Shown: one piece after another, positions 24,528-37,980 of the stretch
How the letters are laid out: the number at the start of each line of letters is the position of its first letter
How positions within the stretch are numbered: the stretch's first letter is position 1
Source: Malacoraja senta
Taxonomy: Eukaryota
NCBI GenBank assembly: GCA_038087875.1
Contig: CM076000.1
Span: 1,240,001 to 1,304,000 of the forward strand
Length of the DNA: 64,000 bases
Direction: 5' to 3'
Program-made: the position numbers and the translations under genes
The notes under the pieces: model-generated
What the model was told of the DNA's origin: nothing
Databases searched by the model: none
What the model saw: only the letters and a program-made list of their open reading frames with translations

Positions 24528-27128
24528 CAGTGCCCTCCATAATGTTTGGGACAAAGACCCATCATTTATTTATTTGCCTCTGTACTCCACAATTTGAGAT
24601 TTGTAATAGAAAAAAATCACATGTGGTTAAAGTGCACATTGTCAGATTTTAATGAAGGCCATTTTAATACATTTTGGTTTCACCATGTAGAAATTACAGC
24701 AGTGTTTATACATAGTTCCCCCCATTTCAGGGCACCATAATGTTTGGGACACAGCAATGTCATGTAAATGAAAGTAGTCATGTTTAATATTTTGTTGCAT
24801 ATCCTTTGCATGCAAGGCCTCTATTGCAGCCATCTTTAGCTTATGCTTGTTTTGGGGGCTAGTCCCCTTCAGTTTTCTCTTCAGCATATAAGACATGCTC
24901 AATTGGGTTCATTGACTTGGCCACTCAAGAATTGACCATTTTTTAGCTTTGAAAAACTCCTTTGTTGCTCCTTTGGGTTCATTGTCTTGCTGTAGAATGA
25001 ACCGCATGAGGCATTTGTTTGAACTTGAGCAAATAGGATGTGTATATACACTTCAGAATTCATTATGCTATTACCATCAGCAGTTGTATCATCAATGAAG
25101 ATAAGTGAGCCAGTACCTTCAGCAGCCATACATGCCCAGGCCATAACATCCCCACCACCTTGTTTCACAGATGAGATGGTATGCTTTGGATTTTGGGCAG
25201 TTCCTTCTCTCCTCCATACTTTGCTCTTGCCATCACTCTGATATGTTAATCTTCGTCTTATCTGTCCACAAGGCCTTTTCCAGAACTGTGGTTACTCTTT
25301 TAAGTACTTCTTGGCAAACTGTAACCTGACCATCATATTTTTGCGGCTAACCTGTGGTTTGCATCTTGCAGTGTAGCCTCTGTATTTCTGTTCATGAAGT
25401 CTTCTGCGGACAGTGGTCATTGACAAATCCACACCTGACTTCTGAAGAGTGTTTCTGATCAGTCGGACAGGTGTTTGAGGATTTTTCTTTATTATAAAGA
25501 AAATTCTTCTGTCATGTCAAGTCAAGTCACATTTATTTATATAGCACATTTAAAAAACAACTCTCGTTGGCCAAAGTGCTTTACATTTGTTATAAGAATA
25601 GCACAAACAAAACAAACTACATACATATATACATGTAGCCCTCACTCAGAAGACGTCAGGAAAGGCTTGGGAGTATAGATAAGTCTTTAGTCTTGACTTA
25701 AAAGAGTCGATGGAGGGGGCAGTTCTGATGGGAAAGGGGATGCTGTTCCACAGTCTAGGGGGCTGCAACCGCAAAGGCTCGGTCGCCCCTGAGCTTATGC
25801 CGCGGGATATTCAGCAACCCCAAGTCGGCCGATCTGAGGGGCCTGGAGGTGGAGTGATGGGTGAGAAGACTTTTTATGTAGGTGGGAGCAAGCCCATTGA
25901 GGGCTTTGTAGACATGGAGGAGGATCTTGAAGTTTATACGGAACCGCACAGGGAGCCAGTGGAGAGAGGCCAGGATCGGGGTGATGTGGTCTCTTTTTCG
26001 GGTGCCCGTCAGGAGTCTCGCTGCGGTGTTTTGGACCAGTTGCAGGCGGGACAGGGAAGATTGTCTGATGCCAGTGTAAAGGGAGTTGCAGTAATCTAGG
26101 CGGGAGGAGATGAATGTGTGGATGATCTTTTCCAGGTCATCAAACTGGAGGAATTGTTTTATTTTAGCTATCGTCCGAAGCTGAAAGAAGCTAGCTTTTA
26201 CCACGGCATTGACTTGTTTGTCAAATTTCAGTGCTGAGTCATATATCACGCCAAGGTTTTTGACGTGAGGTTTGAGTAGTGGGGTAAGGCTTCCAAGGCT
26301 GCCTGCTATCATTTTGATTGAGTCCGAGGGGCCGAGAAGGATGACCTCAAACTTACTCTCGTTTAGTTGGAGGAAGTTCTGGGCCATCCAACACTTTATA
26401 TCCTCGAGGCAGTGGGTAAGGTTAAACAGATTTGATTGTTTTTTGGGCTTCAGGGGGAGATAGAGTTGTGTATCGTCTGCGTAGCAATGGAAGGAAATGC
26501 CGTGCCTTTTAATGACTTGGCCTAAGGGGAGCATATACAGGGAGAAGAGAATGGGGCCAAGGAGGGTCATCAACTGTGGAGGTCTTCCTTGGCCTGCCAG
26601 TCCATTTGTGATTAGTAAGCTCACCAGTGCTCTCCTTCTTCATAATGATGTTCCAAACAGTTGATTTTGATAAGCCTAAGGTTTGGCTGATGTCTCTAAC
26701 CGTTTTATTTGTGTTTCTCAGTCTCATAATGGCTTTGTTGACTTTCATTGGCACAACTTTGTTCCTCATGTTGATAAGCAGCAATAAAAGTTTCCAAGGG
26801 TGATGGAAAGACTGGAGGAAATACTAGGTGTTGAGAGCTCTCCTATACCTGCATTAAGGAGGCAATTAAACACACCTGAGAAATTACAAATGCCTGTGAA
26901 ACCATGTGTCCCAAACATTATGGTGTCCTGAAATGGGGGGACTATGTATAAACACTGCTGTAATTTCTACATGGTGAAATCAAAATGAATAAAAATGGCC
27001 TTTATTAAAATCTGACAATGTGCACTTTAACCACATGTGATTTTTTCTATTACAAATCTCAAATTGTGGAGTACAGAGGCAAATAAATAAATGATGGGTC
27101 TTTGTCCCAAACATTATGGAGGGCAATG
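24528..27128 (-). mobile_element. Second Tc1-like transposon (~225-bp TIRs), degenerate transposase, interrupted by an L2 LINE
   Basis: TA-flanked TIRs 24528-24753 and 26905-27128, each with repeated CCATAATGTTTGGGACA; minus-strand remnants LGLSKSTVWNII...GRPRKTS and VKQGGGDVMAWACMAAEGTGSL. Confidence 0.9.
25516..26565 (-). mobile_element. 5'-truncated L2-clade LINE
   Basis: LGPILFSLYMLPLG...FHCYADDTQLY...SSRLDYCNSL...LASLHWLPV; (TTGAC)n 3' tail; flanked by GTCAT direct repeats. Confidence 0.88.
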
Positions 27129-27784
27129 TATATGAGATCTCCTGATTACTTTTGGTATATGACTTTTAGATTTGTTGTTAATTTGATGGATTCTAAAAGA
27201 AAGACATTAAGTGTCCTATTCTCCGGTTATTTTGACCTCATTCTTGCAGTGGGACATCATGAAATAAAATTGTTAGCAGCTGTTTCATAACTGCAGAACT
27301 TTTTAAAAAGATAATTTAAGAGGTTTAATTTGGTTTAACTAGTTCCCCCAAAAAAATTTCCTCACTACATTACAGTTCAAAGGATTGAAACACGTACCCT
27401 CTCCACCATCAACACCGAAACTATGAACAAAATCTATATTTTGCACTTCTTTGTATTGTGGCTTCAATCCCACAGAAACTACGGCAGAACTCAATCACTT
27501 CCATTTTTTAAAACTCATTTAGGAACTTAGCTGCTTCCCTTTTTTGTCCAGAAAAAGGTTTTATTTTATAATTACTCTTAAGTATCCAATTTGTTTGCAC
27601 TCATTTGCAAAGTTAAATTTGTATATCTCTTTCCTGGGAACCTTTCTGGCATGTTAACTTCTGTACACTTTCTATAATAATTGTACTTGTATTAAATATA
27701 ATTGTTGACTTCAGAATGGGGAAATTAGGAGACAACATGCCAGTTTTTATTATGGGGCCAGTGGTGGTGCGAACAGCTTCAAAT

Positions 27785-28290
27785 TAGTCATGTGATACAG
27801 TGTGGAAACAGGCCCTTTGGCCCAACTTTCCCATACCGGCCAACATGTCCCAGCTACACTAGTCCCAACTGCCTGCGCTTGGTCCATATCCCTCCAAACC
27901 TGTCCTATCCATCTACCTGTCTAACTGTTTCAACTACCTCACCTGGCAGTTTGTTCCATACACCCACCACCCTTTGTGTGAAAAAGTTACCCCCCTCAGA
28001 TTCCTATTAAATCTCTTCCCCTTCACCTTGAACCTATGTGTCCTCTGGTCCTCAATTCCCCTACTCTGGGCAAGAGACTCTGTGCATCTACCCGATCTAT
28101 TCCTCTCATGATTTTGTACACCTCTATAAGATCCCCCCTCATCCTGCACTCCATGCAATAGAGAACCAGCTTACTCAACCTCTCCTTATAGCTCACACCC
28201 TCTAGTCCTAGCAACATCCTCGTAAATCTTCTCTGTACCCTTTCCAGCTTGACAACATCTTTCCTATAACACGGTGCCCAGAACTGAACT
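27785..28290 (-). mobile_element. CR1 3' fragment
   Basis: RMRGDLIEVYKIMRGIDRVDAQSLLPRVGE plus 3' tail. Confidence 0.8.
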
Positions 28291-29034
28291 TAATCTACAT
28301 GATGCATTGCCTCAAGAAGGTGGCATCTATCATTAAGGATCCTCAGCATTTGGGTAAGGCCCTCTTCCCACTGCTACCATCAGGCAGGAGGCATACAAGC
28401 CTGAAGTTGCACATCACCGGGTTCAGAATCAGCGACTTTCCTACAACTATTGGATTCTTGAACTGACCCGCAAAACCTTTGCTTTGGCAATGGAACACCT
28501 CTTGCACTACCACAGACTTACTTTTTCCTAATTGTGTTTTGCACTAATGTCTATTTTTTTAGACGTTTTTATTCTTATTGTCTTGCAGATATAGAATCTG
28601 CAAGACAATAACAAGAAAAATGTGCATAGTTGTGCATCTTCTATATTACTAAAAGTCTGATCTTGACCACTTCCTGTTGTTCTGTATATTGATTTTAGAA
28701 AAAACGCTGCCACCTACGGCTGTGATTTTTGGCCATCTTACTCAGTCCCCCTCTGCTGCGCAGGACAAGAGGATTTTTCCCATCGATGAAAAATAAAAGA
28801 ATTATTAGTGTTTAAAAAATGTTGAGATTCTCTCTCCTGAAGGCCATGCCCCTTCCGGGACGAGGGACTATAAAACCCGGAAGTGTTGAGTGCCTCAGTC
28901 AGTCTCTTCAAGATGGGGGAGCGAGAGGGTCACATCTCTCAGTCTGAGCTGTGAATAACACTGAACACATGTCTACTAAACTGTGAGTGTTTTTACTGAC
29001 CTATCAGTGCCCTTAATGTGGTTTGAAAATATAG

Positions 29035-29240
29035 TTTGGAAATGCTAAAGCTGTGTGCCTTTGGTTTGGAAATGTTAAAGCTGTGTTGCCTTTGGTTTGT
29101 AAATGCTAAAGCTGTGTTGCGTTTGGTTTGTAAATGCTAAAGCTGTGTTGCCTTTGGTTTGGAAAGGCTAAAGCTGTGTTGCCTTTGGTTTGGAAATGCT
29201 AAAGCTGTGTTGCCTTTGGTTTAGAAATGCTAAAGCTGTG
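29035..29240 (+). repeat. 30-bp tandem repeat GGTTTGGAAATGCTAAAGCTGTGTTGCCTT
   Basis: About 7 copies; the array resumes at 30636 after the LTR insertion and is followed by a 19-bp repeat AATTAAAGTTGCCTTGCCT (30678-30753). Confidence 0.9.
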
Positions 29241-30635
29241 TGTAGTGGCCATTTGGCCTGTTTTGCATGTCATTGATGATGGCATGTGCCTTTAAATTTT
29301 AGACTGCCCATTATATTGTGGGTGGGATTTATGACGTGTTTTTGGGCGTGTTTGGAGTTTAGATGCTTGCGCAGAAGTTTAGTTTTTAGATTAGTTTGGA
29401 GAGACGATGGGGAAGGTTAACTGAAATATGTTGACACAGAAGAAAATTTTGCGAATGAAATTTCCAGAGAACTGACAGTGAACCGCTTCTTAAGCAAGAA
29501 GAAATGGATCAATGAACTAAAATCGCTCTGCAAGCCAGACAGAGAATGGCCAAAGCTTGAGCTGGGATTTGAAATCTCTGCTAATGACTCGGACATTAAA
29601 TCAAACTTAACGGTGATCTTTATTGTTAAAGATCCTGTTATTCTTTTGAAGGATTTTCATACTTCAACATTACTGTTACAACACATCAATGAGTTGATCG
29701 GACATGGAGGAAGACGTTTCATGCTATCAAAGCTTTGGACTATTATCTTTTGGACTATATACTGGGTATCATGCCTGATTTTAAGGGTTTGGTATGCAGG
29801 ATACGACTTTGAACTAAAACCACTGTTGTAATAAGATTAATAACCAAGTTGTGCTTGCTTCTAGAAGGCGAAAGTGAAGATGGAAGAGTCGATGAAGAAT
29901 TCTGATTGCAGATATATAGTGCATGTTATTTTTTCCTCATTAGTTTAGTGTTTAGTATCCCCGCCTGTCACGCGGTAGACCAGGGTTCAATTTCCCGACG
30001 AGGGGCCACAGGGTTTTATTCCCTGACCTTTTGCTTTTGATATATGTTAAGCCTTTATGGCCACTTTTTTTTAATGTTTATTAGTAATTGCCTCATTATA
30101 TACTCGGAACAATTAGGGGCCGGTATGTAGTGGCCATTTGGCCTGTTTTGCATGTCATTGATGATGGCATGTGCCTTTAAATTTTAGACTGCCCATTATA
30201 TTGTGGGTAGGATTTATGACGTGTTTTTGGGCATGTTTGGAGCTTAGCTGCTTGCGCAGAAGTTTAGTTTTTAGATTAGTTTGGAGAGACGATGGGGAAG
30301 GTTAACCCTTCTACCATGCGGGATCATGCGGGCCACATGCCAGATCTTGCCAGTGTTATGGAGACACGAGGAGTTTACTAATGTCTAAAGTAATAAGCTG
30401 GAGTTCGAAGAAGATTGTAGTAACGAGTCGGAAGAAGTTTGGATATATTTTACCGTTTTCTATCAACAATAAAGCATTTATTCATCAAAAGACTGTTTTG
30501 AAGCCATATCTGAGAAGAAGTTCTGAAGGTCTCTGTGAGCTCGCATGCGTTTAGAAGACACCCCCTTCAACCATTCTCATCCAAATAGCGGCTAGGGTGC
30601 TAATTACCTGAAAGATATGAAAATCTGCCGCTACA
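29241..30635 (+). mobile_element. Internally deleted BEL/Pao LTR retrotransposon
   Basis: TGTAGTGGC...GCCGCTACA termini with 5-bp TSD CTGTG (29236-40, 30636-40). Partial 5' LTR 29241-~29421 repeats in the full 3' LTR 30126-30635. PPT-like TTAGGGGCCGGTA. Pol remnants PVILLKDFHTSTLLLQHINELIGHGGR and the integrase end ITKLCLLLE (~29838). Confidence 0.85.
29934..30008 (+). tRNA. tRNA-Asp(GTC)-derived gene or pseudogene with encoded CCA, inside a BEL/Pao element
   Basis: 72-nt TCCTCATTAGTTTAGTGTTTAGTATCCCCGCCTGTCACGCGGTAGACCAGGGTTCAATTTCCCGACGAGGGG followed by CCA. Anticodon GTC at 29967-69; TTTT at 30014-17. About ten substitutions from the vertebrate tRNA-Asp as recalled, several at CpG sites. 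Confidence 0.85.
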
Positions 30636-33600
30636 CTGTGTTGCCTGTGGTTTGGAAATGCTAAAGCTGTGTTGCCTAATTAAAGTTGCCTTGCCTAATT
30701 AAAGTTGCCTTGCCTAATTAAAGTTGCCTTGCCTAATTAAAGTTGCCTTGCCTTCTATATAACTAAGTCTACTCTTGACCACTTCCTGTTTGTGCTTTAT
30801 ATTGATTTTAGAAAAAACGCTACCACGTGAGTTATTAGTGTTTAAAAAATGTTGCGATTCTCTCTCCTGTCAATTACGCCATGATGGCCACGCCCCTTCT
30901 GGTGGGAGGGGGGGAGGGACTATAAAACCCAGAAGTGTGGGCGTGGCTCAGTCTCTGCAAGATGGAGGAGGGAGAGGTCACGACTCGCTGTCTTTAATGG
31001 CCTTGCACCCTGCTTGAAATGGTATGAAACTGCACCTGAATTTGGTTGGCTTGCACCCTGCTTGAAGTGGTAAGAAACTGCACTTGAATTTGGTGGCCTT
31101 GCACCCTGCTTGAAATGAAATTTCAAGGAATAGCCGTGAGTCAACTGCCAGCCCACCAGCCGTGAGTGAGTGAGCTGCCAGCACAACAGGCTTGAGTGAC
31201 TGAGCCGCCAGCCCAAGAATCCATTCGGCCCACAATGTCCAGACCCAACAGATCCCACTTAGTCTAGTAGTTTATATAAAATTTATAAATAATTTCCATA
31301 TAATTTGTGTTTTTGTGTGTTGTCGCAGTCTAAACATGCTTCCCTCAGCAAACTAAAATGCATCCCATCCACACCATGTGACGGTTACTTTAACCTGGCT
31401 TTTTTTGACTCCTCTTTATCAATTTTCACCATATTAATTATCTCTACTGTAAGTGTCCTTACAATGGTAGAGTGATAGGAGCACCCATTTATTATTCCAT
31501 CTATGCTTCTGCCTTGATTTTTTTTTAAATTGAGCCACCCACTCATCTTACTGTCCATTTACCATTTATGTACCTATAGACAACTTTTAACTTCCCTTTT
31601 ATAATTGTCACCCTCTTTCTTTCCGCTTTTGTTTTTCACTTCTACTCTCATTTTACTATATTTAGTCTGGTTCTCACTGGAGTTATTCACCTGGCATGCT
31701 CCGCCTCTCCACCCCTCCCTCTCTTTTATTCTATCTTCTTTATTTATCTTGATTTTTAAGGGTCTGGCTTGGAGTCTTTGGCTTTGGGTCCTTTGCTTGT
31801 TCCCCTCGGCATACACACCCTACCCGCTGTAGGAACATACCAACCCTGTTCCTGAAACCGAACAGTAAAACAGAAACATCTTCTATTAAAGGTAGAGCAA
31901 TCTTTGCTTCCAGTTTCTCCTAGCTGGATTCTTATTTTATTCCATTGAAGTTACCCCTCTTCCAATATAGAAATTGAATTGAAGAAAACCTAATGATACA
32001 ATGAGTACTGCTTCCATCTGAAGAAGGGTCTCGACGCGAAACGTCACCCTTTCCTTCTCTCCAGAGATGCTACCTCTCCAGCATTTTGTGTCTATCTTCA
32101 ATTTAAACCAGCATACGCAGTTATTTCCTACACTGCTTCCCAAGTGTTCTCTTAATGATCGTTGATCCATTTCAATCCCCAGAACCAGATCCACTAATCA
32201 TTCTCTCCTGCAGATTTATATCTCTAAACCACCCTCTATTTGACAGTCTGTTGAAATCCCAGAATAGTGTGATAACGTCCTTCTACTCAACCAAATAGAT
32301 ATCGTACTTGGCCTCTCAAAGACATGCTCATTCTCCAGTAGTATGTCTCTTATTTAAAAGAAAATGTGACTCTTTCATCATTTAACAAGTACCAATATTT
32401 TTATTAGAGTCCTAGTCATAGAGCGTGGAAACAGGCCCTTCTGCCCAACTTGCCCACACCGACCCACTTGTCCCATCTACACTAGTCACACTTGCCTGTG
32501 TTTGGCCCATATCCCTCTAAACCTGTCCTATCCATATGCCTGTCTAATTGCTTCTTAAATGTTGCTATAATCCCGAATGGATCATGGTCCAGGACGAAAG
32601 AGCTCAAAATGCAAGGAGAAAATCTCAAAATAAGGTGGAACACATTACACTTTACAACAAAGCTGCTTTATTTTATGGAGACGCACGGAGTTGCAGATGC
32701 TGATGTGCAAAAATAGACACAGTGCTGAAGTAACTCAGTGGGCCAGACAATATCTCTAGCGATGTTTCAGATCAGGATCCTTCTTCAGACCTTTTTTTTA
32801 TTTTTCATTAACTAAATTAATGGATGGAACAACATGACACTAGGTGGAAGAGAAGGATGTCTTCACATCATTTACCTTTATACATAACTAACATTCATAT
32901 CTCTGCTGAGAAATTATTTTTTACACCGAGTCTCAGAAGAGTACCTCCTTCCTAATGTATCAATATTACATTTCATTTCCATCAGCCTGAATCTTCCAAA
33001 TATAACCCAGTGTCAGATAATTATGTTGCAGTCAAAGCTAGAAATGTGACCCCTGACAAATAAGCTTGTCCAAATAAATTTTGCTGAGAATGTTTATGGC
33101 TATAAGAAAAAAATAAATGTTTCACTCCAACCATCTAAGACAAATCTTATTTCTCTATTGTAATAGTTTTGAAATGTTCATGTTCTTTGACATTTGTATA
33201 ATCTAGTTCACCATTTTCTACAAATGGACAAAAGCTGATTAGGTTATTAAAGACAATGGGAAGAAAAAGGTTAATTACTGCATGCAAATCCTGATTTTAG
33301 ATGACTTGAAATATTTGCCTCCAGGAAAAGCAACTCATTTTGTGTCTGTTCCCACATTTATTTATCTTACTTTTTGTAAGTGCAAGTGCCTACATTATTC
33401 TAGTTCTGTAATCTGTGTTGCTGTAATGGAAGCTATAATGTCAGTTTTCATGTATATTCATGAGTTGGAATATTTACTACACAACATCAACCATCCCGTT
33501 TACAAACACATGAAAACCCCACCATGTTTACCATTCTCTGAAGCTGGAGTTAATAGTCATGCAGCTGATATGGCCCACTATCCAGATGGAAATAATTATG

Positions 33601-33689
33601 CATAAAGAGCTAACACTTTATCTCTGATCAACAGAATTGGTTCTTGGCACCTCCCAGTGAAGTTAAAATCAACTCTCCCCAGAAGGTGC

Positions 33690-34500
33690 TCCTTAAATGA
33701 TCTGAAGCTGTTCGCCCTCACACCCTTGCATGTGCCTAATCCCACAGTTACTGTGGCAGATGACAGATCAGCCTTCCTGAAAGTGAACTTATGGAAACCA
33801 ACTATCCCAGATGGAGGCCCTGACCACATCCTCAGGACATGTGCAGACCAGCTGGTCGAAGTATTCATGGACATCTTTAACTTCTCCACACTTTATTCTG
33901 AGGTTCTCACTTGCTGGAAGACCACTATCATTCGGTGCCAATGGAAATCAAGGTAGTATGACTTAATGACTACCATTCAGTGGCCCTAACATGCACCATC
34001 ATGAAGCACTTCGAGAGGGTATTCATGGTGTGCAATAAATCCAGCCTCCCAGACAGTCTTGATCCATTGCAGTTCACCTACCATTGCAAGAGGTTTACAA
34101 CAGATACCATCTCCCTGGCCCTACACTCATTGCTGGAACATCTGGAAAACAAGGATACATAGAAACATAGAAAATAGTAGGCCATTCAGCCCTTAGAGCC
34201 AGCACCGCCATTTAATATGATTTTGGCCGATCATCCAGAATCAGTACCCTGTCCCTGGTTTCTCCCCATATCCCTTGTTTTCGTTAGCCCAAAGAGCTAT
34301 AGCTAACTCTCTCTTGAATATATCCAGTGAATTGGCCTCCATTGCATTCTGTGGCAGAGAATTCCACAGATTCACAACTCTCTGGCTGAAAAAGCTTTTT
34401 CTCATCTCGGTCCTAAATGGCGACCGCTTATTCTTAAACTGTGACCCTTGGTTCTGGACTCCCGCAACATGGGGAACGTTTTTTCCCTCATCTAGCCTGT
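33690..34500. mobile_element. Rex1-like RT fragment (+) followed by a CR1 3' end (-)
   Basis: LRTCADQLVEVFMDIFN, ALTCTIMKHFER, LDPLQFTY; CR1 tail from ~34157. Confidence 0.7.
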
Positions 34501-35667
34501 GTAGTTATATATGGGATGATTGTACTCACGTGAAGTATGATTTGACTGGATAGCAAACAAAGCTTTTCACTGTCTCCATAATAATCCAATATCCCTTAAT
34601 AAGATTTTCTCATCAAACAAAAGTAGCAGTCATATTACTCCAGAGGGTGTTTTTAAAGGCTTTGAATGGCCAAACATTTTTAAATCTCACCCACGTCAAT
34701 TCACTTGCACTTCTAACCTTTTGAACTGTCCTCTTTCTATTAATGCTGTGCGAGACTTAAATTGAAAATCTAATTGAGCCTTCAATAGTCCTATATGAGA
34801 CAAATTAAATTATTAATGATGTTGCCAGGGAAAATATATTCAGTTTTAAATCAGTGTATGTGTCAAGAATAGATATGAGCAGTCCCAGTCACACAATGTT
34901 CGTGCAATTCGAACATATGAAGCTTAAGGCCAGTAAAGGATTTATTTATCTGAAGGGTTGTTCTGGCTTTGTGCAATGTTGTTTTTCCTTTTCCTCAATA
35001 TTATTACTTTAAGTTCCTTCCGCTACATCTTGGGAATTGTTCTCCAGAAATCTGCAGTCAGTGTCGGAAAATTATATGCAAATGACGTGTCCAAAATCAA
35101 TGTTAGTCTCTTACATACTGTGATCAATAAGTTTGATCCAGAAGTGCATTGTCCACAAGTGCATTGTCTCTCTGTGCAATTAAAGAAAAATAACAATATG
35201 GACAGGCTGTTCTGCTGAAGATGGACACAAAAAGCTGGAGTGTCTCAGCGGGTCAGGCACCATCTCTGGAGAAAAGGAATAAGTGACATTTCGTGTTGAG
35301 ACGCTTCTTCAGATTGAGAGTCAGGGGAAAGGGAAACGACAGTTAGAGGCAGTGATGTAGAGAGATATAGATTAAATGAAAGAAAGATATGCAAAAAAAA
35401 ACGATGACCAAGGAAGCAGGGAGCCCACAATGGCCCTTGGTTGGCATGGCCAAGGTGATAACAAGTTATACAGACAATGAAACTCAATAGGATTATAGTG
35501 GAACTAGTACAACAACTAGGGTGGGGGAGGAAGGGAGAGAGAGGGGATGCAAGGGTTACTTGAAATTAGAGAAATCAATATTAATACCATTGGGTTGTAA
35601 GCCAAATATGAGGTGCTGTTCCACCGATTTGCATTTGGCCTCACTCTGACAATGGAGGACAGAAAAG

Positions 35668-37980
35668 AAGGCAGACAAAATTGCTGGAGAAACTCAGCGG
35701 GTGATGCAGCATCTATGGAGTGAAGGAATAGGTGATGTTTCGGGTCGAGACCCTTCTTCAGACTGATGTGGAGGTGTGAGTGGGGGGGAAGAACAAAGGA
35801 AGAGGCGGAGACAGTAGGTTGCGGGAGAGCTGGGAAGGGGAGGGGAAGGAGGGAGAAAGCAAGGACTACCTGAAATTGGAGAAGTCAATGTTCATACCGC
35901 TGGGGTGTAAACTGCCCAAGCAAAATATGAGGTGCTCGTCCTCCAATTTGCGGTGGGCCTCACTCTGGCCATGGAGGAGGCCCAGGACAGAAAGGTCGGA
36001 TTCGGAATGGGAGGGGCAGTTGAAGTGCTGGGCCACCGGCAGATCAGGTTGGTTAATGCGAACCGAGCAGAGGTGTTGGGCCTACGCTTGGTCTCACAGA
36101 TGTAGAGCAGCTGACACCTAGAGCAGTGGATGCAATAGATGAGGTTGGAGGAGGTGCAGGTGAACCTCTGCCTCACCTGGAAAGACTGTTTGGGTCCTTG
36201 GATGGAGTCAAGGGGGGAGGTAAAGCGACAAGTGTAGTATTTCCTGCGGTTGCAAGGGAAAGTACCAGGGGAGGGGTGGTTTGGGTGGGAAGGGACGAAT
36301 TGACCAGGGAGTTACGAAGGGAGCGGTCTCTGTGGAAAGCCGAAAGGGGAAGAGATGGAAAGATGTGGCCAATAGTGGGATCCCGTGGAGGTGGCGAAAA
36401 TGTCGGAGGATTATCTGTTGTATGTGACGGCTGGTAGGGTGGAAGGTGAGGACAAGGAGGACTCTGCCCTTGTTATGAGTGGGGGGGGATGGGGAGTGAG
36501 AGCGGAGTTAAGGGAAATAGAGGAGACCCTGGTGAGAGCCTCATCTCTAGTCGAAGAGGGGAACCCCCGTTCCCTGAAGAATGAGGACATCTCCGATGCA
36601 CTGGTTTGGAACACATGGGTGCAGATGCGGCGTAGACGGAGGAATTGGGAGTAGGGGATAGAGTCCTTACAGGAAGCAGGGTGGGAAGAAGTGTAGTCCA
36701 GATAGCCATGGGAGTCAGTGGGTTTGTAGTAGATGTCGGTCAGTAGTCCGTTACCTGCGATGGAGATAGTGAGGTCTAGAAACAGTAGGGAGATGTCGGA
36801 AATGGTCCAGGTGAATTTGAGTGATGGAAGGAAGTTAGTGGTGAAATGGATGAAGTTAGTGAGTTCTGCATGGGTGCAGGATGTAGCACCAATGCAGTTG
36901 TCAATGTAGCGGTGGTAGAGTTCGGAGATAGGGCCATGGTACGCCTCGAACAAGGATTGTTCGACGTACCCTACAAAGAGGCAGGGATAGCTGGGGCCCA
37001 TGCGCGTGCCCATAACTATGCCTTAGATTTGGAGGAAATGGGAGGACTCAAAGGAAAAGTTGTTGAGGGTAAGGACCAGCTCTGCTTGACGGACGAGAGT
37101 ATTTGTAGATGGAGATTGGTTGGTTCTGCGGTCGAGGAGGAAACGGAGGGCTTTAAGACCCGCCTGATGGGGGATGGAGGTGTAGAGTGACTGGACATCC
37201 ATGGTGAAGATGAGGGAGTGGGGACCTGGAAAACGGAAGTCATGGAGGAGACGAAGAGCGTGTGAGGTGTCTTGGACATAGGTAGGGAGGGATTTGACCA
37301 GGGGGGATAGGATGGAGTCGAGGTATGTGGAAATAAGTTCGGTGGGACAAGAACAAGCAGAAACAATGGGTTTGCAAGCACAGTCAGGTTTGTGGATATT
37401 GGACAGAAAGATCAGTATGGGAATGGCAAGGGGAGTTAAAGTGTTTGGCAACTTGAAGATCACGTAGGCCAAGACAGACTAAGCGAAGGTGTTCAGGGAA
37501 ACGATCGCCCAGTCTACGCGTGGTCTTGCCAATATATAAGAGTGCACACCTGCAACTATGGATACAGTAGATGAGGTTGGAGGAGGTGCAAGTGAACCGC
37601 TGCCTAACCTGAAAGGACTGCTGGGGTCCTTGGACAGAGTCGAGGGAGGAGGTATAGGGACAGGTGTTGCATCTCCAGCATTTGCAGGGGAAAGTACCTG
37701 GGGAGGAGGTGGTTGGGTGCGAAGGGGTGAGTTAACCAGGGAGCTGCGGAGGGAACGGTCTCAGCGGAAAGAGGAAAAGGGTGGAGATGGGAAGATGTGA
37801 CTAGTGGTGGGATCCCGTCAGAAATGGCAAAAATGCCGGTGTATTATGTGTTGTATGCGACTGCTGATGGGGTGAAAGGTGAGGATGAGGGGGACTCTGT
37901 CCCTGTTGCGACTGGGGGGAGGGGGAGAAAGAACGGAGCTACAGGGTACCGAGGAGACACTTGTGAGCGCCTCACCTATG
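35668..37980 (-). mobile_element. Penelope-like retroelement (RT plus GIY-YIG), degenerate, with partial tandem duplication
   Basis: KPIVSACSCPTE, FTMDVQSLYTSIPH, MGTRMGPSY, YHRYIDN, FLDLTI, YYKPTDSHGYLDYTSSHP, CTSSNLIYCIHCSRCQLLYICETKR; 37447-37980 repeats the endonuclease region. Confidence 0.9.

Larger units (their letters stand above)
28637..31267 (+). mobile_element. Non-autonomous Helitron with two tandem 5' ends, hosting the BEL insertion
   Basis: A|TC 5' end (TCTTCTATATTACTAAAAGTCTGATCTTG); degenerate hairpin followed by ACTTAGTCTAG|T 3' end; no TSD; second 5'-end copy at ~30753. Confidence 0.7.

Noticed and set aside
29035..29240. Regular 30-bp repeats as a CRISPR array
   Set aside because: No unique spacers, no cas genes, vertebrate context; a simple minisatellite
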